From the NCBI RefSeq assembly GCF_004010195.1, contig NC_057718.1:31519479-31583478 (forward strand): a DNA stretch of 64,000 nucleotides, read 5' to 3'. Numbering within the stretch: position 1 is the stretch's first letter; every line of letters starts with the position of its first letter. The DNA is from Chiloscyllium plagiosum. Its lineage: Eukaryota. Under the pieces are notes generated by a model. The model saw only the letters and a program-made list of their open reading frames with translations. It searched no databases and had not been told where the DNA came from. Both the position numbers and the translations under genes were made by a program. Below are positions 36,540 through 48,633 of the stretch, piece by piece.

Positions 36540-39500
36540 AGATGGGGGAACCAAAAGACAAGTGGTAGTTATAGGAGATTCTATAATTAGAGGGATAGAT
36601 AGTATTCTGCATGATGTGTTGCCTGCCCGATGCCAGGGTGCAGGACCTCTCTGACCAACTTGAAAGGATATTGGAACTGGAGGGGAGGATCCAGTTGTTG
36701 TAGTCCAAGTTGAGACAAGACTACGGTGGAGAACCTGCTTGGAGATTATCAAGCACTAGGAACAAAATTAAGGAACAGGTCCTTGAGGGTCATAATCTCC
36801 AGATTACTGCCCGAGCCACAAGCAAATTGGTTTAGGGATAAGAAAATTAAGGAAGTAAACAAATGGTGTGGGAAAGACAGGTTCCATTCCTTGGGGCATT
36901 GACACCAGTTTCGGAACTGGGAGGGGTCGGGGGGAGGTGGTGGGAGGATACTGTAACGATGGTTTAGGTGGAGACCATAACAATCTGGAATCAGTGTACT
37001 GGTGAAAAGGATAAATAGGGTGGTCACTAGGACTTTAAATTAGTGAATTGGGGGAAGGGAAGGGGAAAATGACGGGAAGTATGATAAGAAGGTAAGCAGC
37101 AAGTTAGCATGTGTGCAGGAGGGTTTAAGTTCAAGGTAGACAATGAAAGAAGTAAAAAGGAAGGTTAACTCAGGAGATGTTATTAGAGATGTTGGAAATC
37201 TTGAGGGTAAGAAAGCTAGCATAAAGGCACTTTACCTGAACGCTCATAGCATTTATAACAAGATTGAGAGTTAATGGCACAAATCATTGCGAATGAATAT
37301 GATCTGGTAACCAGTAAGGAGACACAGTTACAGGATGGTCTCGACTGGGAGTTAAATATCTAGGGGTATCAGACTGTTTGGAAGGACTGACAGGAAGGTA
37401 AGGGAGGTGGTGCAGCTCTGATATTCAAGGGCGACATCAAGATGATGCTGAGAGATGATATAGGTTCTGTGGAGAATGAGTTTGAATCCATTTGGGCGAA
37501 AATTAGAAATTCTAAGAAGAATAGGCATAGTCAAGGGCCACAAAATAATAACATCACATTGGGGCAAGCAATAAACAAAGAAATAACTAATGCCTGTAAA
37601 AATGGTATGGCAATTATCATGAGTGGATTTGAATCCACATGTTGATTGGTCGAACCAGCTCGGTCAGGGTAGCCTTGAGGAGGAGATCATCGAGTGTATC
37701 TGTGACAGTTTTCTTGAGCAGTATGTAATGGAACTGACGAGGGAGCAAGCTATCCTCGATCTGGTCCTGTGTAATGAAACAGGAATAACTAATGACCTCA
37801 TAGTTAAGGATCCTCTTGGAAGGAGTGATCACAGTATGGTTGAATTTAGTATGCAGATGGAGAGTGTGAAAATAAAATCCAATACCAGGGTCCTGTGCTT
37901 AAACCAGGGAGATTACAATAGAATGAGGGAGGATTTGGTTAAAGTAGAGTGGAAACAAAGATTTTATGGTGGGACAGTTGATGAACAGTGGAGGACTTTC
38001 GAAGCGCTCAGCAAAAGTATATTCCAGTGAAAAGGAAGGACTGTAAGAAAAGGGGTGATCTGCCATGGGTGTCTAAGGGAATAAGGGAGTCTATCAAATT
38101 AAAAGAGAAAGCATACAAAGTGGCCAAAAACAGCAGGAAACTAGAAGATTGGGAAAACTTTAAAGGTCAACAGAAAGCTACCAAAAGAGCTATAAAGTAA
38201 AATAAGATAGAACATGAGAAAAAACTAACACAGATTATAAAGACAGACAGTAAAAGTTTCTATAAATATATAAAATGAAAAAGAGTGGCTAAAGTAAACA
38301 TTGGTTCTTCAGAGGATGAGAAGGGGCATTTAGTTATGGGATATGATAAAATGGCCGAGGCATTGAACAAGTATTTTATATCGGTCTTCACAATGGAGGA
38401 CACTAATAACATGCCAATAATTGACAAAGAGATGAAGGTAGGCGAGGACCTGGAACAATCATTATTACAGAAGACGTAATGTTGGGCAAGTTAATAGAGC
38501 TAAGGATAGACAAGTCTCCTGGCCCTGATGGAATGCATCCCAGGGTACTAAAAGAGATGACAAGAGAAATAGCAAGTGCACTGGCGGTAATTTTCCAAAA
38601 TTCGCTGGAATCTGGGGCACTTCCAGCAGATTGGAAAACAGCAAATGGCACTTCCAGCAGATTGGAAAACAGTGGTGCCACTGTTTAAAAAGGGAGGTAG
38701 ACCCAAGGTGGGGAATTATAGACGGGTTAGCTTAACCTCTGTATGGGGAAGATGCTTGAATTTATTATCAAGGAAGAAATCGCAGGGCATCGCGATAGAA
38801 ACTGTCATGTTGGGCAAACACAGCATAGGTTCATGAAGGGCAGGTCATGCTTAACAAATCTTTTGGAATTCTAGAAAGACATTATGAGCAAGGTGGACAC
38901 CGGGGCCCATTGGATGTGGTATACCTAGATTTCCAAAAGGCCTTCGACAAGGTGCTGAACAAGAAGCTGCTGTTTAAGATAAGGATGCCTGGCATTATGG
39001 GTAAAGTATTAGCATGGATAGAGGATTGGTTGACTAACAGGTAGCAAAACGTGGGGATAAATGAATGCTATTCTGGTTGGCAATCAGTGACTAGTCGTGT
39101 GCCTCGTGGATTGGTGTTGGGACCACATTTATTTACAACTTATATAGATGATGTGGAATTGGGGATGACATGTAGTGTGTCAAAGTTTGCAGATGACACT
39201 ATGATGAGTGGCAGAGCAAAGTGTGCAGGGTACTGTAAAATCTTGCAGAGGAACATAGATAATTTGAGTGAGTGGACTAAGGTCTGGCAGATGGAATACA
39301 ATGTTAATAAATGTGAAGTCATCCATTTTGGTAGGAGTAACAGTAAAAAGGATTATTACTTGAATAGTAAAAAGTTGCAGCATGCTGCTATGCAGAGGGA
39401 CCTGGGTGTCTTTGTGCATGAATCACAAAAGGTTGGTCTGCAGGTGCAACAAGTAACTTGGAAGGTAAATGGAATTTGGTCCTTCATTGCTAAAGGGATT

Positions 39501-40109
39501 GAGTTTAAAAGCAGGGAGGTCGTGTTGCAGCTGTGTGGGGTGCTGGTGAGGCCACACCTGGAATACTGTGTGCAGTTTTGGTCTCCTTACTTGAGAAAGG
39601 ATGTACTGGCACTGGAGGGGGTGCAGAGGAGGTTCCCTAGGTTGATTCCGGAGTTGAGGGGGTTGGCTTAGGAGGACAGGCTGAGTACACTGGGATTATA
39701 TTCAGAATTCAGAAGAATGAGGGGAATCTTATAGAAACATATAAAATTATGAAGGGAATAGATAAGATAGACATAGCGAGGATGTTTCCACTGGCAGGTG
39801 AAACTAGGACATGAGGGCACAGCCTCAAGATTAGAGGGAGCAGATTTAGGACTGAATTGAGAAGGAACTTCTTCACCCAGAGGGTTGTAAATCTATGGAA
39901 TTCCTTGCCCAGTGAAGTAGTGAATGCTACTTCAGTTAAATGGTTTTAAAGCTAAGAAAGAATTTGTTTGAACAATAAAGGAATTAAGTGGTATGGTGAG
40001 ATTGTGGGTACGTGGAACTGAGTCCATGAAAAGATCAGCCATGATCTTATTTAATGGCGGAGCAGGCTCAAAGGGCCAGACGGCCTACTCCTGCTCCTAG
40101 TTTTTATGT
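36540..40109 (+). mobile_element. Near-full-length CR1 LINE, different subfamily, multiply frameshifted
   Basis: ORF1 VVIGDSIIRG; ORF2 LYLNAHS, TREQAILDLVL, LGRSDH, KSPGPDGMHPRVLKE, LDFQKAFDKV, FADDT; tail cctactcctgctcctagtttttatgt. Confidence 0.93.
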
Positions 40110-40280
40110 AACTGCAGATGCTAGGGATCTGAAACGTGCAAAAGCTGAAATTCAGCAGATCTGTCAGCATCTGTGGAAAGAAATCAGAGTTAGTCTTAGC
40201 CTAGTGACCTTTTTTTTAGTGTCTTTCCAAATTCTGATGCCACCAGACCTGCTGAGTTTCTTCAGCATTTGTTATTTTTG
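40110..40280. mobile_element. Short palindromic PLE-derived element (further copy at 40495-40635)
   Basis: ctgcagatgctag..cagcagatctgtcagcatctgtgga..gatgccaccagacctgctgagtttcttcagca. Confidence 0.6.
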
Positions 40281-42170
40281 TGTGTGTGAGGTTCCCCAAG
40301 TTATTATGGTTACAAATAGGATACTCGAAATTGCCAAGCACCCAGGTGAGGAGGGATGAGCATCGTTCCCCTTCTTTATTTATCCACCCCTTCGGCTAGT
40401 TGCAAGAAAGCATTCCCACCCAGATCAAATGAAGTTATGTTTTAAATGGAGTCAATTTAAACAAACATTTATGAATTAACAAAACAATGAGTCTAGAAAA
40501 AAAAACCTGAAAGAACTGCGGATCCTGGAAATCAAAAGCAGAAACAGAAATTGCTGGAAATGTTCAACAGGTCCGGCAGCATCTGTGGAGAGAAATCAGA
40601 GTTAACATTTCAGGTCCAGTAATCCTTCCTCAGACACTTTCTCAAAATACAGAGTTTATTAGTTACCAAAGATGAGAAAAAATAATAACACAATTCACAG
40701 ACAGGAAGATTAGAAATTAGTTCAAAAATAGATAAAAGATGCGCAGCTCAGTCATTGCTTTGCTTGTATAGGATACATAGTGGAACATTGGTAGCTGAGC
40801 AGTCAATTGGGAATTCTTGGATTGACAAGTTAGTTACATTTGTTTTGTCTTGGTTCCTTACAATGATGGTTGTCTGGAAGCACTCAGAGCAAAATAGTCA
40901 CTGTTTTGACCTATTTCCTCTTAACCGTCTTGCGAGCCAGCTGTCTTTTTGCAGTCAGAGTGAGGAATATTTTAACTGAAATGTAGGGTTGACTAGTGGA
41001 TGGATTTTCCACTGTGACCTCGACAGTATACTAGCAGTTAAACCCAAGCCATTACACATGAGTAGCTCAGCCCACCTAAGGATCTCAGCTCACCAACACA
41101 CCTTCTTCCACTAGCACATGCAAATCTGGGTTGAATTGGCTTTTAATCCTTGTTCGTGTGCATTATTGAAAGGGGAAAATACAAAATATGCCCTTTGCCC
41201 AGACTGCTGTCTTTTCTCCCATCATGCTGATAGTCTGAGATAACTCCCAGGTGATTATAGTTCAGTTTGTTGTGCATTTCTTTCAGTTCATTCCATTCCT
41301 TTGAAGCGTCCTTGACACCCTATTAGGTACAATATTCCAGGCTCTCTTTCGGAATTGACATTCACAGTCATCCTTTGGTTATATGTTTTTTTTATTTAAA
41401 AAAATCGTATTCTGTCATTAAAGTTCAAATTGTCCATAGGTGATCAGGATTATGAGCTGTGGTCATGGTATGAGGAAAACACTAATGCATCAGATTATAG
41501 GGTTTCCTAAAATATCACTGATTCCCTCTGATGGGTTAGTCTGCCAGGACCTGGGAGGAAATGAGCACCAAAAGTCTCCAAGTTCACCACATTAGAATCT
41601 GGATAAGAGCTCATGCATTGAGTGTAAATACCAAATTCGAAAGAACTCAAAATGAAACTGGAAAATTTATTCACTTTGTGTTAGAGGGAGAATCCCAGGA
41701 AAAGTCCTCACCATAAAAGATATTTCTTGGGTTAAAAATTAACATAGCGGGAAAGAAAAAGAATGGAAGTGAATCCTTAGCGAAGATTGGCTCGCAGTTC
41801 ATGAAGGCAGGACTGGGTAGATTTTGCCATAAAACAATTAATACTGCTCCTATACTGTGAGGGTGGGGATCAGCTTTCAGGATCAAAAGGAGGCTAAGCC
41901 CTCTAAATTAATACGAGATTGTTGGCATTAGGGAGGGTAGGTGGGGGAGCTAGGACCACTGTCCTTTATTCCGTGAGCTTACACTTTGTTGGCCAGCCTA
42001 GTATGCTACACCACATCAAATTCCTCTTGCAGGTTTCTACACCAAAGTGACTGTACTATTCTTATCAAGCCCCTGTTCTACCTTATTAAAAATAACTCAA
42101 TCAAGTTAATCAAACATGATTTGGTTTTTGGCGATTGCATGCTGGCTTTCTTTAACTAATCCACACTAGT

Positions 42171-42400
42171 TCAAGTGATGGCGATGTCCGCACACTCATG
42201 TTCATCGGGAAAAATGTACGAGAGCTTACTGAGAGGTTGGCCAGACTTACACTTTGTACAATTCCAGGCCAGGGCCTGGTGGAAAGGAAGCCACACCTGG
42301 AAAATGATGATTAGCTCAATTGGCACAGCAATCTGCAAGATGATGTATTCTGACACAATATCAAAGCACAATCCTTCCTACCCAAACATGTGGGTGATCT
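42171..42400 (-). pseudogene. Possible decayed PIF/Harbinger transposase N-terminal fragment
   Basis: Across frames: AVPIELII (cf. ALPVELK), CGFLSTR..G...VSLANLS (cf. SGSFQTRMG..GISQASMS), YIFPDE, HECADIAI (cf. IDCTHIAI); similarity judged by eye only. Confidence 0.3.
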
Positions 42401-43694
42401 ATCTATAAGACACATGCCAATTGGAATGGTAATGCATGAACTCTGCCCAGGACATGAGAAATACCAAGCAGTCTGGAGTCTTTCCTGTAAACCCACAAGA
42501 CTCAGACACATCACAAGATCAGAAAGGGACCATAAACAAACAAACTCATTTCCGAGACCCATAAATCTGATATCTTTAAACTTCCAGAGATTCATTAAAT
42601 CTTTCCGAGTGTCAATCTGTATACAGTTCGTGATGTATACAGTCAATAGCTCTTCACATCATGTGACAAAATAACAATCAGGAAATGTATACATGCATTT
42701 TCTTGCCTTACTGTAGTATAATACCATTTTTGTGTTTCGACCAACGGAGTGAAAGTTCGCCAGAGAGACGAAAGAAATGAGCTGAGTTTGTTTTGGGTCA
42801 GATGCCTGTCTCCAACAGGAAGCTGACTTAAGTTCAGATTTTCAAGTTGGTGTGACCTTAATTGGTACAAAGATGGGTTGCCTGTCTAATCCAGGTCGAC
42901 AGATGGCCCTTCAACATTGAAGAGTCAGTGAAAGGCCTTCTCGCCTTCTGAGGAACACCTGGCTACAGTATAAAATAAGTAACTCAAGGACGCTTCAATA
43001 AGAAAGTGCACTCTCTCTCAGGTATTAATAACAAAAACTTAGAGAGGAGCCAGGCCATTACTGCATGGGAATAAATGCCTCTGCAAGGTCTACCCTTACC
43101 TAAGCATTGACGACAGGTAAACTAGAAAGGTGTTCTGGCACCATGCTACTTGATGCCCACCCTTAAGCAATTTCTCTTCCCCCACCGTGACAAAACTCTC
43201 TGTTGTCTATATTTGCCTGGAATGTCCAGTGAGCTTTGTAAATTTACCTTTAAAGGGCCTCTTATTGGCTTCCTTTGGTGCTGGCGAGAGTGCAATGCAA
43301 CTGATACCTTGCCTGGAAATATGCTTTCAGAAAACCCCAATGCCGCCACTGTGCCCTCACCTCTACCAAGCCCCAAAACCACTCCTCCATCTCCATCCCC
43401 AAGCACACGTTTCTTCCTGCCTTCAGTTCCTCAAATATCCAACCCAGAAACACAAAGCTGAATTTCAGCCTGTTTATAAGGCTCTTAAAAAGGATCTCTG
43501 AACATTCTGTGAAAGACTGAAAAATACGAGCAAGTTATTTAGAGTTTGTTTAGCACATGCAGAATCCATAAATTAAATTTAATAAACGAAAACCAGTAAG
43601 CCAGTGTTCCTCAGTCTCATTACTGGACCATGGTTGTTCTTATACATGGATTGTAAGCTGTTCCTGATTTGTAGCCATCGTATAGATGGAATTA

Positions 43695-44710
43695 TATGCT
43701 ACAGGGTCTTAGTGAGACCACATCTGGAATATTGTGTGGAGTTTTTGTTTTCTCATCTGCTGAAGGATGTTCTTGCTGTAGAGGGAGTGCAGTGAAAGTT
43801 TACCAGACTGACTCCCAGGATGGTGGGACTGACATATGAGGACAGGTTGAACTGGTTAGGATTATATTCACTGGAGTTCCCGCAGAAACCCATAAAATTC
43901 TAACAAGAGCACACTAGACATGTAGGCAAGATTGACATTATTGCACAGAATAATCAGTTTCAGAAAAAAAAAAGGATAGACTGAGACTTTTTTTCCCTGG
44001 GGTGTAGGAGGCTGAGGGGTGACCTTGTAGATGTTTATCAACTATGAGGGGCACACATAAGGTGAATAGCCAAAGCCTTTTCCCCAGGGTAGGGGAATCC
44101 AAAACTAGACGGCATAGGTTTCAGGTGAGAGGGGGAAGACTTAAAAGGGATCTGAGATGAAACTTCTTCCCACAGAGGATAGTGTGTATATGGAATGAAC
44201 TGCCACAGGAAATGGTAGTGATGGGTACAGTTACAACATTTAAAAGATATTTGGACAGGAACAAAGATAAGAAAGGTTTAGTGGGATATGGGCCAAATGC
44301 AGGCTGATGAGACCAGTTCAGTTTTGGAAACCTGGCCGGCATGGACATGTTGGCCAAAGGGCCTATTTCCATACTATATGACTCTATAACTCTATAACTT
44401 GAGAAGGTAGATGCAGGAAGGATGTTCCTGGTGGCAGAGGAGCTCAGAGCCAGGGGTCACAGTCTAAGGATAAGGGGTAAACAACTTAGGACTGACATGA
44501 AAAAAATTTCACCTGAAGTGTGGTGAGCCCATGGAATTTGCTATAAACAGAAAGTGTCAAGGTCAAGACGTTTTATGATTTCAAGAAGGAGTTGGATATA
44601 GCACTTGGGGTAAAGGGATCAAAGGAAACGTTGAGAGCAGACTGTTGAGTTGGATGATTAGACATGATGACAATGAAAGGTTTATTCCTGTCCCTAATTT
44701 CTGTTTCAGT
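43695..44710 (+). mobile_element. CR1 3' portion with a second CR1 3' end (43975-44398) nested in it
   Basis: VLVRPHLEYCVEF; host resumes at 44400 (aggtagatgcaggaaggatgttcc) after a (ctataact)n tail. Confidence 0.8.
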
Positions 44711-45688
44711 ATCTCTATAGAAAGGTCTTTTATACTTGTAACTAGAATTTGAGATATGGATCAGTGAATAAATCCAGCATTACGAATTTCTCCCCAAAGG
44801 CTCAGACTGGAAATAAACTTCATACTTGTGTATTAGGAATAGAAAAGCCAGCCAATAATTTAAATCCTGTAAGTCTAGAAAATCAATCCAGAAGGACTTT
44901 AAGGATATCATGAGAATATCATTGTCTGGAGTATTGATCTGTCCTTAATTTTGTAATTTTCACATCTAAGAGGTGAGTTATAGCAAGGAGTTATCAATTT
45001 GCTTTAATAGTCAGATGTTAATTGTGGTAATTGTGTTAATTGTGGTACCTTTCTACAGCATGGGTAAATGCCAATTCATTTGGATATTTACATAGCTTTT
45101 CCTCCATTTAGCACTGAGATATGTACTGTGGAAGATAAATGGAAGTATATACATGAGTCTTCTGAATAACTTCCTATGCCTCTGCACATACAGTTAATAA
45201 CAAATATGAAGTGCATGAAACTAGAGTTAGCCTCACGTTTTTGGATGACAAAGTGATTCGGAGTTAGGAGGCAGAAAATTAAGATAAATGACATATTCTT
45301 GGGTGATGGGTAAAGACAAGAGTTGTGAACAAATAATTAGAAATGGAGTACCAGTTTTTCACTGTTTAATGTTTGTTCATAGCCAAATTTGAGAATGGAA
45401 GCGAGTATCTCTATGTTAGCAGATGATATTAAGCTAGGAAGTATAGATGAAATTGCAGGTACTCATAATTACCTAAGAAAGCAGGTGCAATATATTGTAC
45501 CAAAGTCCTCCAGGTGGGTGAAAAACTCAAATAGATGAAAACAAGAGGACCATGGATAAATAAGGAGACACCATTAATTTCCAGCTGTAAAAAGTCAGGC
45601 AATGACAAATATCAACTTAGTTTCTTCACAGGTTTAGATCATAAATGCAAATGTATACTATTGCAATTATAAAGTAAACTAGAGAAAT

Positions 45689-46742
45689 GTCATAGAGTCA
45701 TAGACCTGTACAGCATGGAAACATACCCTTTGGTCCAACTCATCCATGACGACCAGATATCCTAAATTAATGTAGTCTCATATGCCAGCACTTGGCCCAT
45801 ACCCCTCTAAATCCTTGCTATTCACATACCCATCTAGATGCCTTTTAAATGTTGTAATTGTACCAGCCTCCACCACTTCCTCTGGCAGCTCATTCCATAC
45901 ATACACACACCACCCTCTGCATGAAAACATTGTCCCTTAGGTCCCTTTTAAATCTTTCCTCTCTCACCCTAAATCTATGCCCTCTAGTTTTAAACTCCCC
46001 TGAGGAAAAGGCCTTGGCTATTTACCCTATCCATGCCCCTCATGATTTTAGAAACTTCTATAAGGTCACCCCCCTCAGCCTCCGATGCTCCAGGGAAAAT
46101 AGCCCCAGCCTATTCAGCCTCTCCCAATAGCTCAAAATTTCCAACCTTGTAAATCTTTTCTGAATCCTTTCAAGTTTCGGAACATCCTTCCTATAACAGG
46201 GAGACCAGAATTGAACGCATTGTTCCAAAAGCAATGTAACCAATGTCCGGTACAGCCTCAACATGACCTCCCAACACCTACACTCAATGCACTGACCGAT
46301 GAAGGAAAGCATACCCAACATCTTTTTCATTACCCTGTCTACTTGCGACTCCACTTTCAAGGAACTATGAATCTGCAGTCCAAGGTCTTTGTTCAATAAT
46401 ATAGTATAAGTCCTGCTCTGATTTGCCTTTCTAAAATGCTACATCTCACATTTATTGAAATTAAACTCCATCTGCTACTCTTCAGCCCATTGGCCCATCT
46501 GATCAAGATCCCGTTGTACTCTGAGGTAACCTTCTTCACTGTCCACTGCACCACCAATTCTGGTATCATCTGCAAACGTACTAACCATACTTCCTATATT
46601 CACATCCAAATTGTTTATATAAATGACAAAAAGTAGTGGAACCAGCATCAAATATTTGTGGCTGGTCACAGACCTCCTGTCTGAAAAGCAACCTTCCACC
46701 ATCACCCTCAGTCTCTTACCTTCAAGCCAATCCTGTATCCAA
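45689..46742 (-). mobile_element. 5'-truncated CR1 LINE
   Basis: STFADDTRIGG, EQCVQFWSP, RRLRG; gtcatagagtcataga tail. Confidence 0.92.
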
Positions 46743-48200
46743 ATTGTGTTAGGTTAGATCCATTTTTTTGTGTACATTGACATTGGAGACTATGGAATTA
46801 TTATTCCTTATAGTAGAAACATCTAGAACAAACATACATAATCAAATGAGTCCAGCAAAGGCGGTTAAAAGTGAAGGCTGGGAAAAAAAAAGAGTTGTGC
46901 GAAAGTAGATGTAATACTTTTGATTTCAAAGTTAATTGAGCTGTTTCAAAGGGATCCAGATATTTTGGAAGGAAGTTTATTTAAGGCATGTGGGTAAATG
47001 TCACGGAGTTTGGAATTCAGAAAATAAAATTGCCATAACAAACTGAAGTGGCAGAACATTTCAATGGACAAATGGCTTACTATTGTTCTTACGACCTAAA
47101 ACGGGTAAAATCAGCTATTGATCTGTATCAGGGAGCACTGCTGAACAGTGTACATTTATAATTGTCAACTCTATGGGTTCTACTCTTACTCCAAATCAAA
47201 TGTCTAACAGTATTCTGGTAATGGCAAAAATGCCAGGCACAAACAATGGTGAAACCAAACTCTATTACAACTTTTGAAAGAGGAATGGACAAAACTCAAG
47301 AAGAAAGTAAACATATATAATAAGAATGATAGTTCCAATAGAAACTCCTTCTTAGACTTGTGCAGAAGATCAAAGCTGACTTCAGCATTTAAACATTTTA
47401 TTCACTTCCTGTGAACAAAAGCTATTACAAACCTATTATTGAAAATGCATTGGATTCAGTAAAATAAATCCACATTGAACCTTCATTTTATGCACAGATT
47501 CCAAACTCTACAGTTTTGCTTTGTTTTTTTCAAATCTTGCTCAATGTTGAATTTGCAGCTGGTTAATATTGATGGCATTTCACACATACTGTGAGTGCCA
47601 GAACAATTACGCTGTGCAGCTTGTTGCAATGGGGCTAAAATTCATTACAAATGGTGCCATGGGATCTGTTAATCAGCCTGTTGCTACAAAAGTTCTTCAA
47701 CGTCAACTTCAAGGAGATTTCTGCCAGATGAGAAGGAATTGTATTTTACTCAGTAATTGGAGGTGCTTGGTTACCACAATTGTTGTACGAGTTCTTTGTA
47801 CAGGATTTAATGTAAAACTATCAACATTGAGTCAGAAGTTGAAATTAGCCAATGTCAAGCCTATGAAGTAATTTCGGAAAAAGAAACTTCTCATCCTGCG
47901 AGTGTAAAACATACAACATAGAACATTACAACACAGTACAGGCCCTTCAGCTCTCGATGTTGCACCGACCTGTGAAATTAATCTGATGCCCATCTAACCT
48001 ACACCATTCTATTATTATCCATATGTATGTCCAATGCCCTTAACATCGGTGAGACTATTGCTGTTGCAGGCAGGGCATTCCACGGTTCTACTACTCTCTG
48101 AGTAAAGAAACTACCCCTGATATCTGTTCCACATCTATCACCCCTCAATTTAAAGCTAAGTCCCCTCATGTTAGCTTTCACCATACAAGGACAAAGACTC

Positions 48201-48286
48201 CTCGGATGCTGCCTGAACTGCTGTGCTCTTCCAGCACCACTAATCCAGAATCTGGTTTCCAGCATCTGCAGTCATTGTTTTTACCT
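48201..48286 (+). mobile_element. Short PLE terminal insertion (sister subfamily)
   Basis: ctcggatgctgcctgaactgctgtgctcttccagc..ccagcatctgcagtc; flanks aaagactc / aaaggctc. Confidence 0.75.
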
Positions 48287-48612
48287 AAAGGCTCTCACTG
48301 TCCACCCTATCTGATTATCTTATATGTCTCGATTAAGTCACCTCTCAAGCTTCTTCTCTCCAATGAAAACAGGCTCAGATCCCTTAGCCTTTCCTCGTAA
48401 TACCTTCCCGCCATACCAGCAACATCATAGTAAATCTCCTCTGAACTCTTTCCAAAGCTTCCACATCCTTCCTATAATGCGGTCACCAGAACTGTATGTA
48501 ATACTCCTGAAGTAGCCTTACCAGTGTCTTGTACAGCTGAAGCATGACCTCATGGCTCTGAAATTCAATCCCCCTACCAATAAACACCAACACACTATAT
48601 GCCTTCTTAACA

Positions 48613-48633
48613 TCTGCAGACCTCACTTTCTCC
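48613..48633 (+). mobile_element. 21-nt PLE micro-insertion with 12-bp TSD
   Basis: gccttcttaaca [tctgcagacctcactttctcc] gccttcttaaca; insert is the exact reverse complement of ggagaaagtgaggtctgcaga at the 16320 and 26576 termini. Confidence 0.88.

Noticed and set aside
47569..47871. 100-aa ORF and a 32-nt micro-exon (LVNIDGISHIL)
   Set aside because: No homology recognised and no supporting neighbouring exon; evidence too thin
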